From an uncultured Phycisphaerales bacterium (lineage in GTDB: Bacteria; Planctomycetota; Phycisphaerae; Phycisphaerales; SM1A02): a stretch of 64,000 nucleotides of DNA. The stretch lies in assembly GCA_938084645.1 (NCBI GenBank), contig CALKEP010000010.1, positions 1-64,000 of the forward strand, written 5' to 3'. Shown here piece by piece: positions 29,396 through 40,195 of the stretch. Positions within the stretch are counted from its first letter, which is position 1. Each line of letters starts with the position of its first letter. The notes under the pieces are model-generated. The model did not search any database. It was not told the DNA's origin and saw only the letters and a list, made by a program, of their open reading frames with translations. Both the position numbers and the translations under genes were made by a program.

Positions 29396-32300
29396 GTGCG
29401 ACTCGCCAAACTCACGCTCTCCGGATTCAAGAGCTTCGCCGACCGGACCGAGTTCACGTTCGACGAGCCGATCATCGGCGTGGTCGGACCGAACGGCTGC
29501 GGGAAATCGAACGTCGTCGACGCGGTGAAGTGGGTCCTCGGCGAGCGGAGTGCGAAGAGCCTCCGTGGCTCCGCGATGCAGGACGTGATCTTCGCGGGAA
29601 GCGCCGCCCGCAAGCCGATGGGCATGGCCGAGGTCACCCTCACCTTCGAGAACCCTCGCCTCGAACGACCGCTCGAGGCGATCGTCGCGGCCGGTGATCT
29701 TCCCGCGGCACTCGACCCCGACCTCGATGCCGAGCCGTCAGCCGAACATCCGATCGAAGCGATGGACGAGGACGAACTCGCCCTCGCCGGCGGTGACGGG
29801 CAGGTCGTCGACCGGACGCGGGTGCGGGATCGGCGGCTACCCATCGACACCGACGAGGTCTCGGTCACGCGACGACTCTACGCGGACGGTCGAAGCGGCT
29901 ACCTCATCAACGATCGCAAGTGCAGGCTTCGTGACATCAAGGAGCTCTTTCTCGACACCGGTGTGGGTACGAACGCCTACTCGATCATCGAGCAGGGCAA
30001 GGTCGACGCGATGCTCCTGGCCAATCCGATGGAGCGTCGGTCCATCCTCGAGGAAGCCGCAGGCGTCGCGAAATTCCGCCAGCGCAAGCTCGAGTCGTCC
30101 CGCAAGCTCGACGCCGCCGAGCGAAACCTCGTGCAGGTCCGTGAGAAGCTCGCGAACACCGAGCGTCGTCTTCGCATCGTGCGAAGCCAGGCGGAGAAGG
30201 CGGAGCGATTCCGTGGACTCGACGATCGACGACGGACGCTTCGCACCGCGATCGCCCGCGATCAGTTCGAGGAGTTCGACGACCGCCTGGCGGGGCTGAC
30301 CCGGCAACTCGCCGCGATCGAGACCGAACGCCGCGGGCTCGCCGCGAATCTCGCCGAACTCGAAGAAGCCAAGCAGGCCGCGGAGATCGAACGGCATCAC
30401 GTCCAGGAACGACGCCACGATCTCGAGCAGGAACGACTGACCGAGCGAAACCGTCTGGATCAGGCGGGGCAGCGGATCGAACTGACGACCCGTCATCGTG
30501 ACGACGCCGAGAAGGCGATCGCGGATGAAACCCGTCGGATCGGCGAGCTCGAAGTGCAGGTCGAGGCGTTGGGGCGGGATCTCGCGGAGGTCGAGGCCCG
30601 GATCGATGAGTCCGCCCAGGACGCGGCGGCGTCGGAGATCCGGCTCGCCGACGAGACCACGCGTCGCCATCAGTTCGAAGCCGCGCGTACCGAAGCGGTC
30701 GCCACCCTGGAGGACGCCCGGGACGGGCTCGCCGCGGCCGATCGCGACCGAATCCGACTGGAATCGGCGGTGCGGGGTGTCGATGCCCGCGAGACCGAGC
30801 TGCAGGAACGACTTCGCCGGCTTGCCGAGAAGGCGAGGCCGTTCGCCGCGGACCTCGACATGCATCGTGTCCAGCGACTGCGGGCGTCCAATCGCGTCGA
30901 CGTCCTCGTGGATCGGATCCACCGGCTCGATGCCGACCTTCGCGGGGAAGAGGAGCGGATCGTCCGGCTCGATGACCGGCGGTCGGATCTCACGCGGCGG
31001 ATCGCCGGAAACCGTGACGAGCGGACTGGAACCGAGACACGGCGTCATCTTCTCGAGGAGATGGCCACCGCGGGTGAAGGCATCGGCGATGCCGTCCGAG
31101 AGGTGCTTGATCTCTCCGAAACGGTCGACGGAATCCTCGGACCGCTCTCGGATCACATCGACGTCGACCGGGACGACGCGGAAGCGATCGAAGCGGCGCT
31201 CGGAACGCATCTTCAGGCCGTAGTCGTCGAGTCGTCCAGCGTCGCCGACGAGATTCTTCGCCGGCTTCCCGAGCTTCAGGGCCGGGTCGAACTTCTTCCC
31301 ATCAGCCGGTTCACCCCGGGGTCCGCGCCCACGACGCGGATCAGCGCGGCCATCCGAGCGACCGAGGAACTGATCGAGGCCGCGAGCCTGGTTCGCGCCG
31401 ACCCCAGGGTCCTCGGCGTGGTCGAATTCCTGCTCGGGGACACGCTCGTCGTCGACGACTTCCCGTCCTGCCGCCGGCTGGCACGCCGTGGCATCGGGCG
31501 GCGACTGGTGAGCCGTGACGGCCACGTGCTCGGTGCCGCCGGGGAAGTGGTCTTTCGATCCGCCGCCGGCCGCGAGGAAGGCCACGGGCTGCTCGGTCGA
31601 AAGGCGGAACTGACGGAACTCGAAGGGATCGGCTCGAGGCTCGAGAAGGTGCGGCAGGAACTCGAAGGCGAGGCGTCCACGCTCGACGCGGAGCACTCCA
31701 CTCGAGGCGAGCGTCGGCACGATCTCTCCGAGAACCTCCGGTCCGCTCGGGCGGAAGAGGTGGAGCAGCGGTACGCGATCGACCGGACCTCCCAGATGAT
31801 CGACCGGATCGCCCGTGAACGCGGGGAGCTCGAAGGCGAACAGTCCGAGATCGTCGAACAGCTCACGTCGGTCCATCTCGAACGCCGGCGTCTCGACGGC
31901 GAGCGGGCGATGGCCATCGAACACGAGGCGACGATCGCCGCCAGCCTCGAGGCTTCGCGAGTCCGGCTCGCAGAGGTCTCCGAGGCCTCGGATGCCGCCA
32001 TGGAATCGGTGGCCGCGGAACGCACCCGGCTCGGCGAGATCAACGCCCGCCTCGAATCCACCCGGCGAGAACGAACCCGCATGTCGGCGGCGCTCGAGGA
32101 GTCCGATCGCCAGCTCGACCGCGGTCGGGAACAGATCGCGGAGCGGCGGGGTCGGATCACCGAGTATCTCGAGGCGATCGCGGCGGCCGAGACCGAGGTC
32201 GCCGCCTCGACCGCCACCCTCGAAGGGATGGACGGACGGTTCGCCGAGAACGACCAGGCCATCGAAACCGCGACCGAGCGTCTCGAGACGACGGCGACCT

Positions 32301-33355
32301 CGCTCGAGGCCGCGCGGGTCGAGGCCGGTCGGCTGGATCGCGACGCCCACGCGGTCGAGATGTCGCGGCGCGAGATCGAGATCAAGCGGGAGGGGCTCGA
32401 GGAATCCGTGCTGGAGGAACTCGGCGTCGATCCGCACCAGCTCCGTGATTCGGCGCCGACACCGGTGGCGGGCGAGGAGGCGGTCCCCTTCGACCGCGCC
32501 GCGGCGATCGAGGAGTCCGAGTCGCTTCGGGTCGAGATCAAGCGGCTCGGCAACGTCAATCTCGACGCGATCGACGAGCTGCAGGAACTCGAAGTGCGGA
32601 ACGAGGATCTTTCGACCCAGTTGGAGGACATCGATTCCGCCCGCGTCCTGCTCACGGATCTGATCGAACGGCTCGACGCCGCGTCGCGGATCCGTTTCGA
32701 GGAGACGTTCAACCGTGTTCGCGAGAACTTCGCGGGATCCCAGGGCATGTTCCGCCGGCTCTTCGGCGGTGGCAGCGCCGATCTCTACCTGCTCCCCGAC
32801 GAGGACGGTGCGATCGACTGGCTGGAGTCCGGCATCGAGATTCGAGCGAAGCCCCCCGGCAAGGAACCGCGGGTCATCAGCCAGCTCTCCGGCGGCGAGA
32901 AGACGATGACCGCGGTCGGTCTTCTCATGGCCATCTTCCAGAGCAAGCCCTCGCCCTTCTGCATCCTGGACGAGGTGGATGCGGCCCTCGACGAAGCCAA
33001 CGTCGAGCGCTTCTGCAACGTCGTCCGTCAGTTCCTCGACCAGTCGCACTTCATCGTGATCACCCATCACAAGCGGACCATGCAGGCCTGCGATCGCCTC
33101 TTCGGCGTCACCATGCCGGAACGCGGCGTGAGTCGGCGAGTGACGGTGAAGTTCGACGAGGTCGGCCACGATGGCCGGATCAACGGCGAAGCGGTGCGGC
33201 GGGCCGACGAGGAGGTCGTGGAATCCGCAGCCGTCCGGTCGCCCGAGATCGAGACCGAACCGATCGACCCGGCGTCACTCCGGGGCGGAGAGGCCGGCCG
33301 GTCGGCCGCGACCGAGACGTCCGGCAGCCGACTCGCGGAGGCGTGGGAGGACTGA
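29396..33355 (+). CDS. smc: Chromosome segregation protein SMC
   Basis: AGGAGG then [24 protein letters not shown], long coiled coils with hinge, [19 protein letters not shown]. Confidence 0.96.
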   Translation: MRLAKLTLSGFKSFADRTEFTFDEPIIGVVGPNGCGKSNVVDAVKWVLGERSAKSLRGSAMQDVIFAGSAARKPMGMAEVTLTFENPRLERPLEAIVAAGDLPAALDPDLDAEPSAEHPIEAMDEDELALAGGDGQVVDRTRVRDRRLPIDTDEVSVTRRLYADGRSGYLINDRKCRLRDIKELFLDTGVGTNAYSIIEQGKVDAMLLANPMERRSILEEAAGVAKFRQRKLESSRKLDAAERNLVQVREKLANTERRLRIVRSQAEKAERFRGLDDRRRTLRTAIARDQFEEFDDRLAGLTRQLAAIETERRGLAANLAELEEAKQAAEIERHHVQERRHDLEQERLTERNRLDQAGQRIELTTRHRDDAEKAIADETRRIGELEVQVEALGRDLAEVEARIDESAQDAAASEIRLADETTRRHQFEAARTEAVATLEDARDGLAAADRDRIRLESAVRGVDARETELQERLRRLAEKARPFAADLDMHRVQRLRASNRVDVLVDRIHRLDADLRGEEERIVRLDDRRSDLTRRIAGNRDERTGTETRRHLLEEMATAGEGIGDAVREVLDLSETVDGILGPLSDHIDVDRDDAEAIEAALGTHLQAVVVESSSVADEILRRLPELQGRVELLPISRFTPGSAPTTRISAAIRATEELIEAASLVRADPRVLGVVEFLLGDTLVVDDFPSCRRLARRGIGRRLVSRDGHVLGAAGEVVFRSAAGREEGHGLLGRKAELTELEGIGSRLEKVRQELEGEASTLDAEHSTRGERRHDLSENLRSARAEEVEQRYAIDRTSQMIDRIARERGELEGEQSEIVEQLTSVHLERRRLDGERAMAIEHEATIAASLEASRVRLAEVSEASDAAMESVAAERTRLGEINARLESTRRERTRMSAALEESDRQLDRGREQIAERRGRITEYLEAIAAAETEVAASTATLEGMDGRFAENDQAIETATERLETTATSLEAARVEAGRLDRDAHAVEMSRREIEIKREGLEESVLEELGVDPHQLRDSAPTPVAGEEAVPFDRAAAIEESESLRVEIKRLGNVNLDAIDELQELEVRNEDLSTQLEDIDSARVLLTDLIERLDAASRIRFEETFNRVRENFAGSQGMFRRLFGGGSADLYLLPDEDGAIDWLESGIEIRAKPPGKEPRVISQLSGGEKTMTAVGLLMAIFQSKPSPFCILDEVDAALDEANVERFCNVVRQFLDQSHFIVITHHKRTMQACDRLFGVTMPERGVSRRVTVKFDEVGHDGRINGEAVRRADEEVVESAAVRSPEIETEPIDPASLRGGEAGRSAATETSGSRLAEAWED

Positions 33356-33374
33356 TCCGGGCTTCTGCTGCGGC

Positions 33375-33986
33375 TCACCCGGTCGTCGAGGCCGCGGGAG
33401 CGACGGCGATCCGCGACCGGATGCGGGCGGCGAGTCGGTCGAAGTCGGCGGCGAGGGTCTCGAGAAGATCACGCCGCGCCGGCGATGGATCGGCCGTCGC
33501 GAGACTCGCGGCAAGCGCCGAGAGGTACCCACACGCCTTGTCCTGCGTGAGCAGGATCCGACGTTCGAACGTCTCGCCACCGGCGAGGAGCAGTCCGATC
33601 GTCTCGCGGTTGGCGATCCGGTTCCGGGCGTCGGTCTCGATGATCGGGAGGCCGTCGACGTCGGTCGAGATCCTCGGCGGGTCTTCGAGGAGCAGGCGCA
33701 GGTCCGCCGCTCCGTCCTTCGCCGCCGCCGCGATGTCGCGAAGGACCGTCGCGGTCGCCTCGGACGGGGACTTGATCGCCAGCACGTCCGCGACCTTCAT
33801 CTCGTCGGCGAGGAGGTCGAGGAGCAACGCATAGCCGTGATCGAGTCGTCGATCCTCCGCGTCGATCGCACCATCCGCGGCCGCGAACGGTGCATCGAGG
33901 GTCGGATGGCAGCCACCGATGGACGATGCGGTCGTCACGGCGAGAAGGAATCCCACCGCGGGGCGTTGGCGTGCTGGACGAGCCAT
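33375..33986 (-). CDS. Hypothetical helical (lipo)protein
   Basis: Hydrophobic N-terminus ending IGGC; high GC3. Confidence 0.55.
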   Translation of the reverse strand: MARPARQRPAVGFLLAVTTASSIGGCHPTLDAPFAAADGAIDAEDRRLDHGYALLLDLLADEMKVADVLAIKSPSEATATVLRDIAAAAKDGAADLRLLLEDPPRISTDVDGLPIIETDARNRIANRETIGLLLAGGETFERRILLTQDKACGYLSALAASLATADPSPARRDLLETLAADFDRLAARIRSRIAVAPAASTTG

Positions 33987-34017
33987 GTGAAGACCGTAGC
34001 AGGCGGCGGCGCGGGCG

Positions 34018-34917
34018 TCAGGCCCGCAGTTCACGGACCGCGCGATGCGTTTCCGCGTGCAGGTCGGCGGTGAGCGTCGGGGTGGCCGCGTATCCCCCGG
34101 AGAGGACGAGCGTCGTCGGGATCCCCCGTTCGAACAACTCGGTCAACACCCGGCGTTCCCGGCGTCGCAAGCCCTCCCGGGTCATGGCGAGGCGCCCGTA
34201 GCGATCCCCCACGACCACGTCGACGCCGGAAAGCAGGAAGACCAGATCGGGACGGGCCCGATCGATCGCGGCGCCGAGGTGTCGTTCGAGAAGGGAGAGG
34301 TACTCGAGGTCCCCACAGTGATCGGGGAGCGGGACGTCCAGGTCGCTCGGTGGCTTCCGCATCGGGAAGTTCCTGGCGCCGTGCATCGAGAACGTGAAGA
34401 CCGAATCATCGTCCGCGAAGCACAGGGCGTTCGCGTTGCCCTGATGGACGTCGAGGTCCACGATCAACGCCCGGCGGATCTCCTCCTCGCGCTGGAGCAC
34501 CCGGATCGCGATCGCCACGTCGTTGAGCACGCAGAAGCCTTCACCGTGATCGGGGCAGGCATGATGGGTCCCCCCCGCCAGATTCCCGCTCACTCCGTCC
34601 TCGAGCGCCTGCCATGCCGCGAGCATCGTGCCGCCCACCGCGAGCCGGGAGCGACGAACGAGCGCGGGAGACCACGGAAGTCCCAGACGGCGCTCCTCGG
34701 CGCGGCCGAGCCCCCCGGTCCTGAGTCGCTCCAGGTAGGCCTCATGATGCGCGAGTCCGATCTCCGACCAGGACGCCTCCTCGGGCGTCATGATCGTCGC
34801 TTCGCGAAGAATGCCCTCCTCGAGGAGGATCCGACGAAGCGCCGAGAACTTCCGCATCGGAAAGGGGTGCCCCTCCGGGAGCGGGATCTCGTAGTCGACA
34901 TGAAAGGCGCACCGCAT
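34018..34917 (-). CDS. Histone deacetylase-family (class IV/HDAC11-like) deacylase
   Basis: HPFPMRKF, NLAGGTHHA, GFCVLND, DLDVHQGN, GVD...DRYG, SGGY. Confidence 0.92.
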   Translation of the reverse strand: MRCAFHVDYEIPLPEGHPFPMRKFSALRRILLEEGILREATIMTPEEASWSEIGLAHHEAYLERLRTGGLGRAEERRLGLPWSPALVRRSRLAVGGTMLAAWQALEDGVSGNLAGGTHHACPDHGEGFCVLNDVAIAIRVLQREEEIRRALIVDLDVHQGNANALCFADDDSVFTFSMHGARNFPMRKPPSDLDVPLPDHCGDLEYLSLLERHLGAAIDRARPDLVFLLSGVDVVVGDRYGRLAMTREGLRRRERRVLTELFERGIPTTLVLSGGYAATPTLTADLHAETHRAVRELRA

Positions 34918-34933
34918 CTTCGTGGACCGGCGG

Positions 34934-35971
34934 TCAGCCCAGACGCCGTACGAGGGCGTCGGCGAACGCCTCGGTTCCCAGCGATCCGCCGAGATCGCCC
35001 GTTCGTTCGCCCTCGCCGACCGCGGCGTTGTACGCGACCTTGATCCGATCCGCGGCCGCCGCGATCGCCGCGTCGCCGGTGCGGTTGGCGATGTGGTTGA
35101 GCATCATCACCCCGCTCATGGTGATGGCGAGCGGATTCGCGAGGCCCTTGCCCGCGATGTCCGGCGCGGAGCCGTGGACCGCTTCGAAGACCGCGTTCAC
35201 CTCGCCGAAGTTCGCGCCCGGGGTCACGCCGAGTCCGCCGACGAAGCCGGCGCAGAGATCGCTGACCACGTCGCCGTAGAGATTCTCGCAGAGGAGGATG
35301 TCGAAGTTGGTCGGATCCTGAACCAGTCGCATGCAGGCCGCGTCGATGATCAGTTCCTCGTACTCGATGTCCGTGTAGTCGGCCTCGTGCACTTCCTTCG
35401 CGCACCGGATGAAGAGTCCGTCGGACTTCTTCATGATGTTCGCCTTGTGGAAGACCGTGACCTTCTTCCGGCCCCGGCTGCGGGCGTATTCGAACGCGAA
35501 CTTCGCGATCCGGTAGGAGGCCTTCTCGGTCGCCACCTTGAGGCTGGTCACCACACCCGGGGTGATCTCGTTCTCGATGCCGGCGTAGAGGCCTTCGGTG
35601 TTCTCCCGGACGACCACCAGGTCGACGTCCCGGTATCGCGTGTCGACGCCCTCGATCGATCGCACCGGCCGAACCGCGCCGTAGAGGTCGAGGGTCTTCC
35701 GAAGGGCGACGTTCACGGACGAGAACCCTCCGCCGATCGGCGTGGTGCAGGGCCCCTTCAGGGCGACGCCGACCTGCTGGATCGCGTCGATCGTCTCCCG
35801 GGGGAGCAGGTCCGGATGGCCGTGCTCCAGCGCCGCCACGCCCGCGTGGCAGGGGATCCACTCGATGCTGGCGTCGCCACCCTCGAGGGCCGCGTCGATG
35901 ATGCGGCACGCCGCGGAGGTGACTTCGGGGCCGATGCCGTCGCCGGGGATGAGAACGGATCCGTGTTGCAC
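34934..35971 (-). CDS. Isocitrate/isopropylmalate dehydrogenase family (probably NAD-dependent IDH)
   Basis: IPGDGIGPE, SVNVALRK, RENTEGLY, HKANIMK, NLYGDVVSDL, FEAVHGSAPDIAG. Confidence 0.92.
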   Translation of the reverse strand: MQHGSVLIPGDGIGPEVTSAACRIIDAALEGGDASIEWIPCHAGVAALEHGHPDLLPRETIDAIQQVGVALKGPCTTPIGGGFSSVNVALRKTLDLYGAVRPVRSIEGVDTRYRDVDLVVVRENTEGLYAGIENEITPGVVTSLKVATEKASYRIAKFAFEYARSRGRKKVTVFHKANIMKKSDGLFIRCAKEVHEADYTDIEYEELIIDAACMRLVQDPTNFDILLCENLYGDVVSDLCAGFVGGLGVTPGANFGEVNAVFEAVHGSAPDIAGKGLANPLAITMSGVMMLNHIANRTGDAAIAAAADRIKVAYNAAVGEGERTGDLGGSLGTEAFADALVRRLG

Positions 35972-36101
35972 GCGTGGTTTCCTGCCGGTGTGGTGACGAG
36001 CCCGAGGCCGGATCGCAGAGCGACCCTGAATCGACCCGGGCCACTCAGGATACGCGACCGACACCTTCCCCGGCGCGGGTCCGGTCCGCTAGGGTGTCCG
36101 A

Positions 36102-37370
36102 ATGCCCGGATCGGACGGACATCCCGTGGACCTCGCGGTGATCGGAGGCGGCATCGCCGGACTCTGGATCCTCGACGCGGCGGTTCGTGCCGGTCGCAAT
36201 GCGATCCTCATCGAGGCATTCGAGCTCGGCCACGGACAAAGCGTCGCCGCTCAGGGCATCATCCACGGCGGGCTGAAATACACCCTTCGCGAGCGGGATC
36301 TGGACGCCGCGGGCGCGATCGCGGACATGCCGGCCTTCTGGCGGAATCGTCATGAGTCCGGCGACGGGGACGGACCGGATCTTCGCGCGGCCAGGATGAG
36401 CGCGCCGTGCACGTGGATGTGGCGGACCGACTCCCTCGCGTCCCGGTTGGGAATGCTCGGCGCGAAGGCCGCCTTGCGGACCCGTCCCGAGACGGTGCCC
36501 GAGGGGGAACGTCCCCCGCTGCTCCGGGCGGCGTCCGGAGCGGTGCTCCGGGTGGCCGAGCCCGTCTTCGACACCCGATCGGTCCTCGGAGCGATCGCCG
36601 CCGGCCACACCGATCGGATCTTCGGCGTGGACGGACCCGAGGGGATGGAATTCGCGTCGGCCGGAGGGCGGGTTGAACGGTTGATCCTCCGGTCCGGAAG
36701 CGGCGAAGTCGTGGTTCGGCCGGCGTCGGTGGTGCTGGCCGCCGGAATCGGAAACGAGGCGCTGCTGGCTCGACTCGGCCTCGATGCCGCGGTGGCGCAA
36801 CGCCGTCCACTCCACATGGCCCTGGTGCGCGGCCGATCGCTTCCCGAATTTCATGGGCACTGCGTCGACGGGAACAAGACCCGGGTCACCATCACCAGCG
36901 CCCGTGACGATGCAGGCCGCACGATCTGGCAGCTCGGAGGCGATCTGGCGGAGCGTGGCGTCGATCGGGACGACATGGCCCAGCGTCAAGCGGCCTCCGA
37001 GGAACTTCGAGGCGTCCTGCCCGCGTTCGATCTCGACCGGATCGACGACCTCGAGTGGTCCTCGTATCGAGTGGATCGGGCGGAACGACGAACCCGCGCG
37101 GGACTCCGCCCCGACGACGCCGAGGTCATCTCGCTTCACGACGGCCGTCTGGTCACCGCATGGCCGACCAAGTGGGCGCTGGCCCCGCGACTCGCGGCGG
37201 CGGTGCTCGAAGCGACGGAAGGCGTCGCGGGTTCCACCGGAGACGCGTCGGCGTCCACCGAGCTCCCCGAGGTGTTCGAAACCCTGCGGCGACCCGGCAT
37301 CGCGGCCTTTCCATGGGAGGAGCGATCGTGGACCAGTCATCACGACGTCGTCTCGGCCGAACCGGCCTGA
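36102..37370 (+). CDS. FAD-dependent oxidoreductase (DAO/GlpD-like)
   Basis: IGGGIAG, QGIIHGGLKY, QRRPLHM, YRVDRAE, WPTKWALAP. Confidence 0.85.
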   Translation: MPGSDGHPVDLAVIGGGIAGLWILDAAVRAGRNAILIEAFELGHGQSVAAQGIIHGGLKYTLRERDLDAAGAIADMPAFWRNRHESGDGDGPDLRAARMSAPCTWMWRTDSLASRLGMLGAKAALRTRPETVPEGERPPLLRAASGAVLRVAEPVFDTRSVLGAIAAGHTDRIFGVDGPEGMEFASAGGRVERLILRSGSGEVVVRPASVVLAAGIGNEALLARLGLDAAVAQRRPLHMALVRGRSLPEFHGHCVDGNKTRVTITSARDDAGRTIWQLGGDLAERGVDRDDMAQRQAASEELRGVLPAFDLDRIDDLEWSSYRVDRAERRTRAGLRPDDAEVISLHDGRLVTAWPTKWALAPRLAAAVLEATEGVAGSTGDASASTELPEVFETLRRPGIAAFPWEERSWTSHHDVVSAEPA

Positions 37371-38113
37371 CCCCGAGCCCGATCGGCTTCGGCGCGTTCA
37401 AGATCGGAAGGAACGAGGGCGTCAAGTACGAGCACGGCTACGCCCTTCCGGACGAGGATGCCTGTGCGAGCCTTCTGAACGCGGTCCTTGATCAGGGGAT
37501 CAACCTCGTCGACACCGCCCCGGCCTACGGCTCGAGCGAGGAGAGGATCGGCCGCCATCTCGCATCGCGGCGAGACGAGTTCATCCTGTCCACCAAGGTG
37601 GGCGAGACGTTCGCGGACGGCGTGGGGCGATTCGATTTCTCGGCCGAAGGGGTTCGGTCGAGCATCGAGCGAAGCCTCGTCCGACTCGGCACCGACCGGC
37701 TCGATCTGGTGTTCGTGCATTCCGACGGAGACGATCTCGCCATCATCGAGCGGACCGGGGTGCTGGACACGCTGGTCGAACACCGGGACCGAGGCGACCT
37801 TCGATTCATCGGTTTCAGCGGCAAGACCGTGGAGGGCCACCTTCGTGCGATCGAGTCGGGCGTGGTCGACTGCCTGATGGTCGAGTACCACCCGTTGGAC
37901 GAGCGTCAGTCGCCGGTCATCGACGCCGCGACCACCAACGACGTCGGCATCGTGATCAAGAAGGGGCTCGCGTCCGGAAGACTCGCGCCCGAGGCCGCGA
38001 TCCCCCACTGCCTCTCGCCGTCGGGAGTGGCTTCGATGGTGGTCGGATCATTGACCGCCGCCCACCTCGAACAGGATCTCGCAATCGCGAACGCGGCGAT
38101 CTCGAACCCCTGA
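37328..38113 (+). CDS. Aldo/keto reductase
   Basis: GGAGGAG then GTG; RRRLGRTGL, DTAPAYGSSEE, STKVGE, LDLVFVHS. Confidence 0.9.
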   Translation: MDQSSRRRLGRTGLTPSPIGFGAFKIGRNEGVKYEHGYALPDEDACASLLNAVLDQGINLVDTAPAYGSSEERIGRHLASRRDEFILSTKVGETFADGVGRFDFSAEGVRSSIERSLVRLGTDRLDLVFVHSDGDDLAIIERTGVLDTLVEHRDRGDLRFIGFSGKTVEGHLRAIESGVVDCLMVEYHPLDERQSPVIDAATTNDVGIVIKKGLASGRLAPEAAIPHCLSPSGVASMVVGSLTAAHLEQDLAIANAAISNP

Positions 38114-38114
38114 C

Positions 38115-38627
38115 TCAATCGGTCGGGACCGAATCCGCATCGTTCGCGTTGCGAGGATCATGCCCCCCGCTGCCGGGGCCGCCGGGCTGGAAGTGAACCA
38201 GCATGTCCGGCAGCCGCTGGAGCGGGATGCACCAGCCGCCACGGGCGTCGTCGAAGAGGATTCCAAAGACCCCCACTCGCTGAAGCGGGACGATCCGACG
38301 AACCGCCGATTCGACCTTGAAGGACAGGATCGAGGGCTTGTCGCCGATCGCGAGCACGCCGTGCTTCCTGGCGTACTCGTCGGCGCGGCCTTTGGCGGTG
38401 AACGCCATCGCGTAGGGCTTCTTGTCGATGACCACCGCGAGCGGTTGCACGTTCGGAAACTGTCCCGTGCCCACGAAATACCAGCGGGGAAGCGCAAAGG
38501 CCATGGCCCAGAGCTGATCGAGGGCCGAGGGGTCGGTCCGACCTTCCATGGCCAGCTCGTCCATGCGGGTCGGGAGGAGATCGGCGGCGAGCCGATCGGC
38601 TTCGTTCGAGGCTTGCGGATCCGTCAT
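38115..38627 (-). CDS. Hypothetical protein (weakly SseB-like)
   Basis: ATGA overlap with the upstream LysM gene; WYFV...P.....KKPYAMAFT pattern. Confidence 0.6.
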   Translation of the reverse strand: MTDPQASNEADRLAADLLPTRMDELAMEGRTDPSALDQLWAMAFALPRWYFVGTGQFPNVQPLAVVIDKKPYAMAFTAKGRADEYARKHGVLAIGDKPSILSFKVESAVRRIVPLQRVGVFGILFDDARGGWCIPLQRLPDMLVHFQPGGPGSGGHDPRNANDADSVPTD

Positions 38628-40084
38628 GGGATGCGAAGCTCCATTCCGACCGCGAGCCGGGCCGGGTCGTCGCCGATCACGTCGCGATTCGCATCGTGGA
38701 TCTCCTGCCACCGCGAGGCCTTGCCGAGGTACTCGACCGCGATGTCGCTGAGCGTCTCGCCGGATCGGACCACGTGGATGACCACGCCCGCCTCGGTCGG
38801 TTCGCCGCGCTCGATCGCGAGCGGCGTGTCCTTCGGAGGGAGCTTGATGATCTGGCCGATCTGCAGTCGAATCGGATCGACGGTGGGATTCGCGATCGCG
38901 ATCAGGGATTGCTTCCGGGGATCCCCGAACCACGCCGTCGCGATCCGTTCGAAGTTATCGCCGGCCTGGATCGTGTAGCTGGTGTAGGCGGATGCCGGGA
39001 GTTCGGCCGCGGATCGGCCTCCGCGGTCGTTCGACCCCGCAGCACTCGCGTCCGAATCGACGGTGCCGTCCGCCTCGGCGGGGTCCGGCGTGCCGGGGCG
39101 TCGCATCAGTTCGCCGCGCAGCCGGGCGGCGATCCACCGGGCGTGCGGCATGTCGAATTCACCGTTGATGCGGCCTCGATTCTGAATGGCCACCTCGAGC
39201 GGTGGCATCGACACGACTTCGCCGTCGACGATCCATGCGACCGTTCCACCCACCATCGCGAAACTCGCTTCACGAACCTCGGTCACCGCGTCGCTCTCGA
39301 GGAGGAAGGCGACCCGCGGGCGCCCTTCGTTGTTCTCGAAGGCATCCGCATCCGAGACTCTTCCGTCGAGACGGAGTCCACGGAGCTCGTCGTCACGGAC
39401 GAGAAGGAATCGCCCTTCCTCGCCCGCCGAGTCCGTACGTGTTCCAGTCACGACGCCCAGCACGGCGCCTCCGCCACGAACCGAGCACCAGCTCGCGATC
39501 GGAACCCACGCGGTCCCCTCCGGGCCACCGGGGCGCGGATCGATGGAGCCGGCAAGGCTCGCTCGCGCCGCCTCGACGTCGATCGAGGGATCTTCGGGCG
39601 AGACGGCTTGGAGGAGGTAGATCCCTGACGCACGAACACCCTGGCTCGGGCCGTAGGCGGGTGCCAGCGGCTCGGTCGAAGGTTCGGACTCCGCGGGCGT
39701 CTCCGGCGTCTCTGCGGCCTCCACGGCCGGGCTCCCGTCGGGTTCGAATTCGCTTGGCAGGCCGACCACCGCCGCCGCGTCGTCATTCGATGCCACCGCC
39801 TGCGCGTCCTCTGGATCGTCGGATTCGAGATCGGAGGACGGACTCGTCACGATCGCCGCCGGCTCGGTGTTCTCGGGACGGCGGTCATCCGGTTCGTTCA
39901 CGGACGGGACGGTCGGCTCGCTGGGCGGTTCGGCCGGGGCGGGTTCGAACGCGACCACCTCGGGATCCCGCGTGAGCTCCGCCTCTTCCGATCGATCGGC
40001 ACCCTCGAGGTTCGCGAAGTAGAAGCCGATGGCGATCAACGCCACCAGCACCAGGGCCACGGTGAGTCGGAATCCGCTGGTCAT
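38624..40084 (-). CDS. Membrane-anchored SecD P1-head-like + 2x LysM protein
   Basis: GGGAGG SD; N-terminal TM; acidic/Pro linker; GRPRVAF...WIVDGEVVSMP...GRINGEF; two C-terminal LysM (YTIQAGDNFERIA, HVVRSGETLSDIA). Confidence 0.85.
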   Translation of the reverse strand: MTSGFRLTVALVLVALIAIGFYFANLEGADRSEEAELTRDPEVVAFEPAPAEPPSEPTVPSVNEPDDRRPENTEPAAIVTSPSSDLESDDPEDAQAVASNDDAAAVVGLPSEFEPDGSPAVEAAETPETPAESEPSTEPLAPAYGPSQGVRASGIYLLQAVSPEDPSIDVEAARASLAGSIDPRPGGPEGTAWVPIASWCSVRGGGAVLGVVTGTRTDSAGEEGRFLLVRDDELRGLRLDGRVSDADAFENNEGRPRVAFLLESDAVTEVREASFAMVGGTVAWIVDGEVVSMPPLEVAIQNRGRINGEFDMPHARWIAARLRGELMRRPGTPDPAEADGTVDSDASAAGSNDRGGRSAAELPASAYTSYTIQAGDNFERIATAWFGDPRKQSLIAIANPTVDPIRLQIGQIIKLPPKDTPLAIERGEPTEAGVVIHVVRSGETLSDIAVEYLGKASRWQEIHDANRDVIGDDPARLAVGMELRIP

Positions 40085-40195
40085 GAGAACCTCCCGTCTG
40101 CGTCGGCCGCCTCGCGCCGGCCCATGGGTTCGTTTTCGGATCCGAGCGAACCTCGGAACCGTCTTTCGACTGGCTCCAGCCGACGTCGACCGACG

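Noticed and set aside
29837..33169. 1110-aa minus-strand ORF (likewise 6026-9130, 12009-14414, 41180-43723)
   Set aside because: Antisense shadows of smc, the PSCyt gene, the ABC genes and secDF
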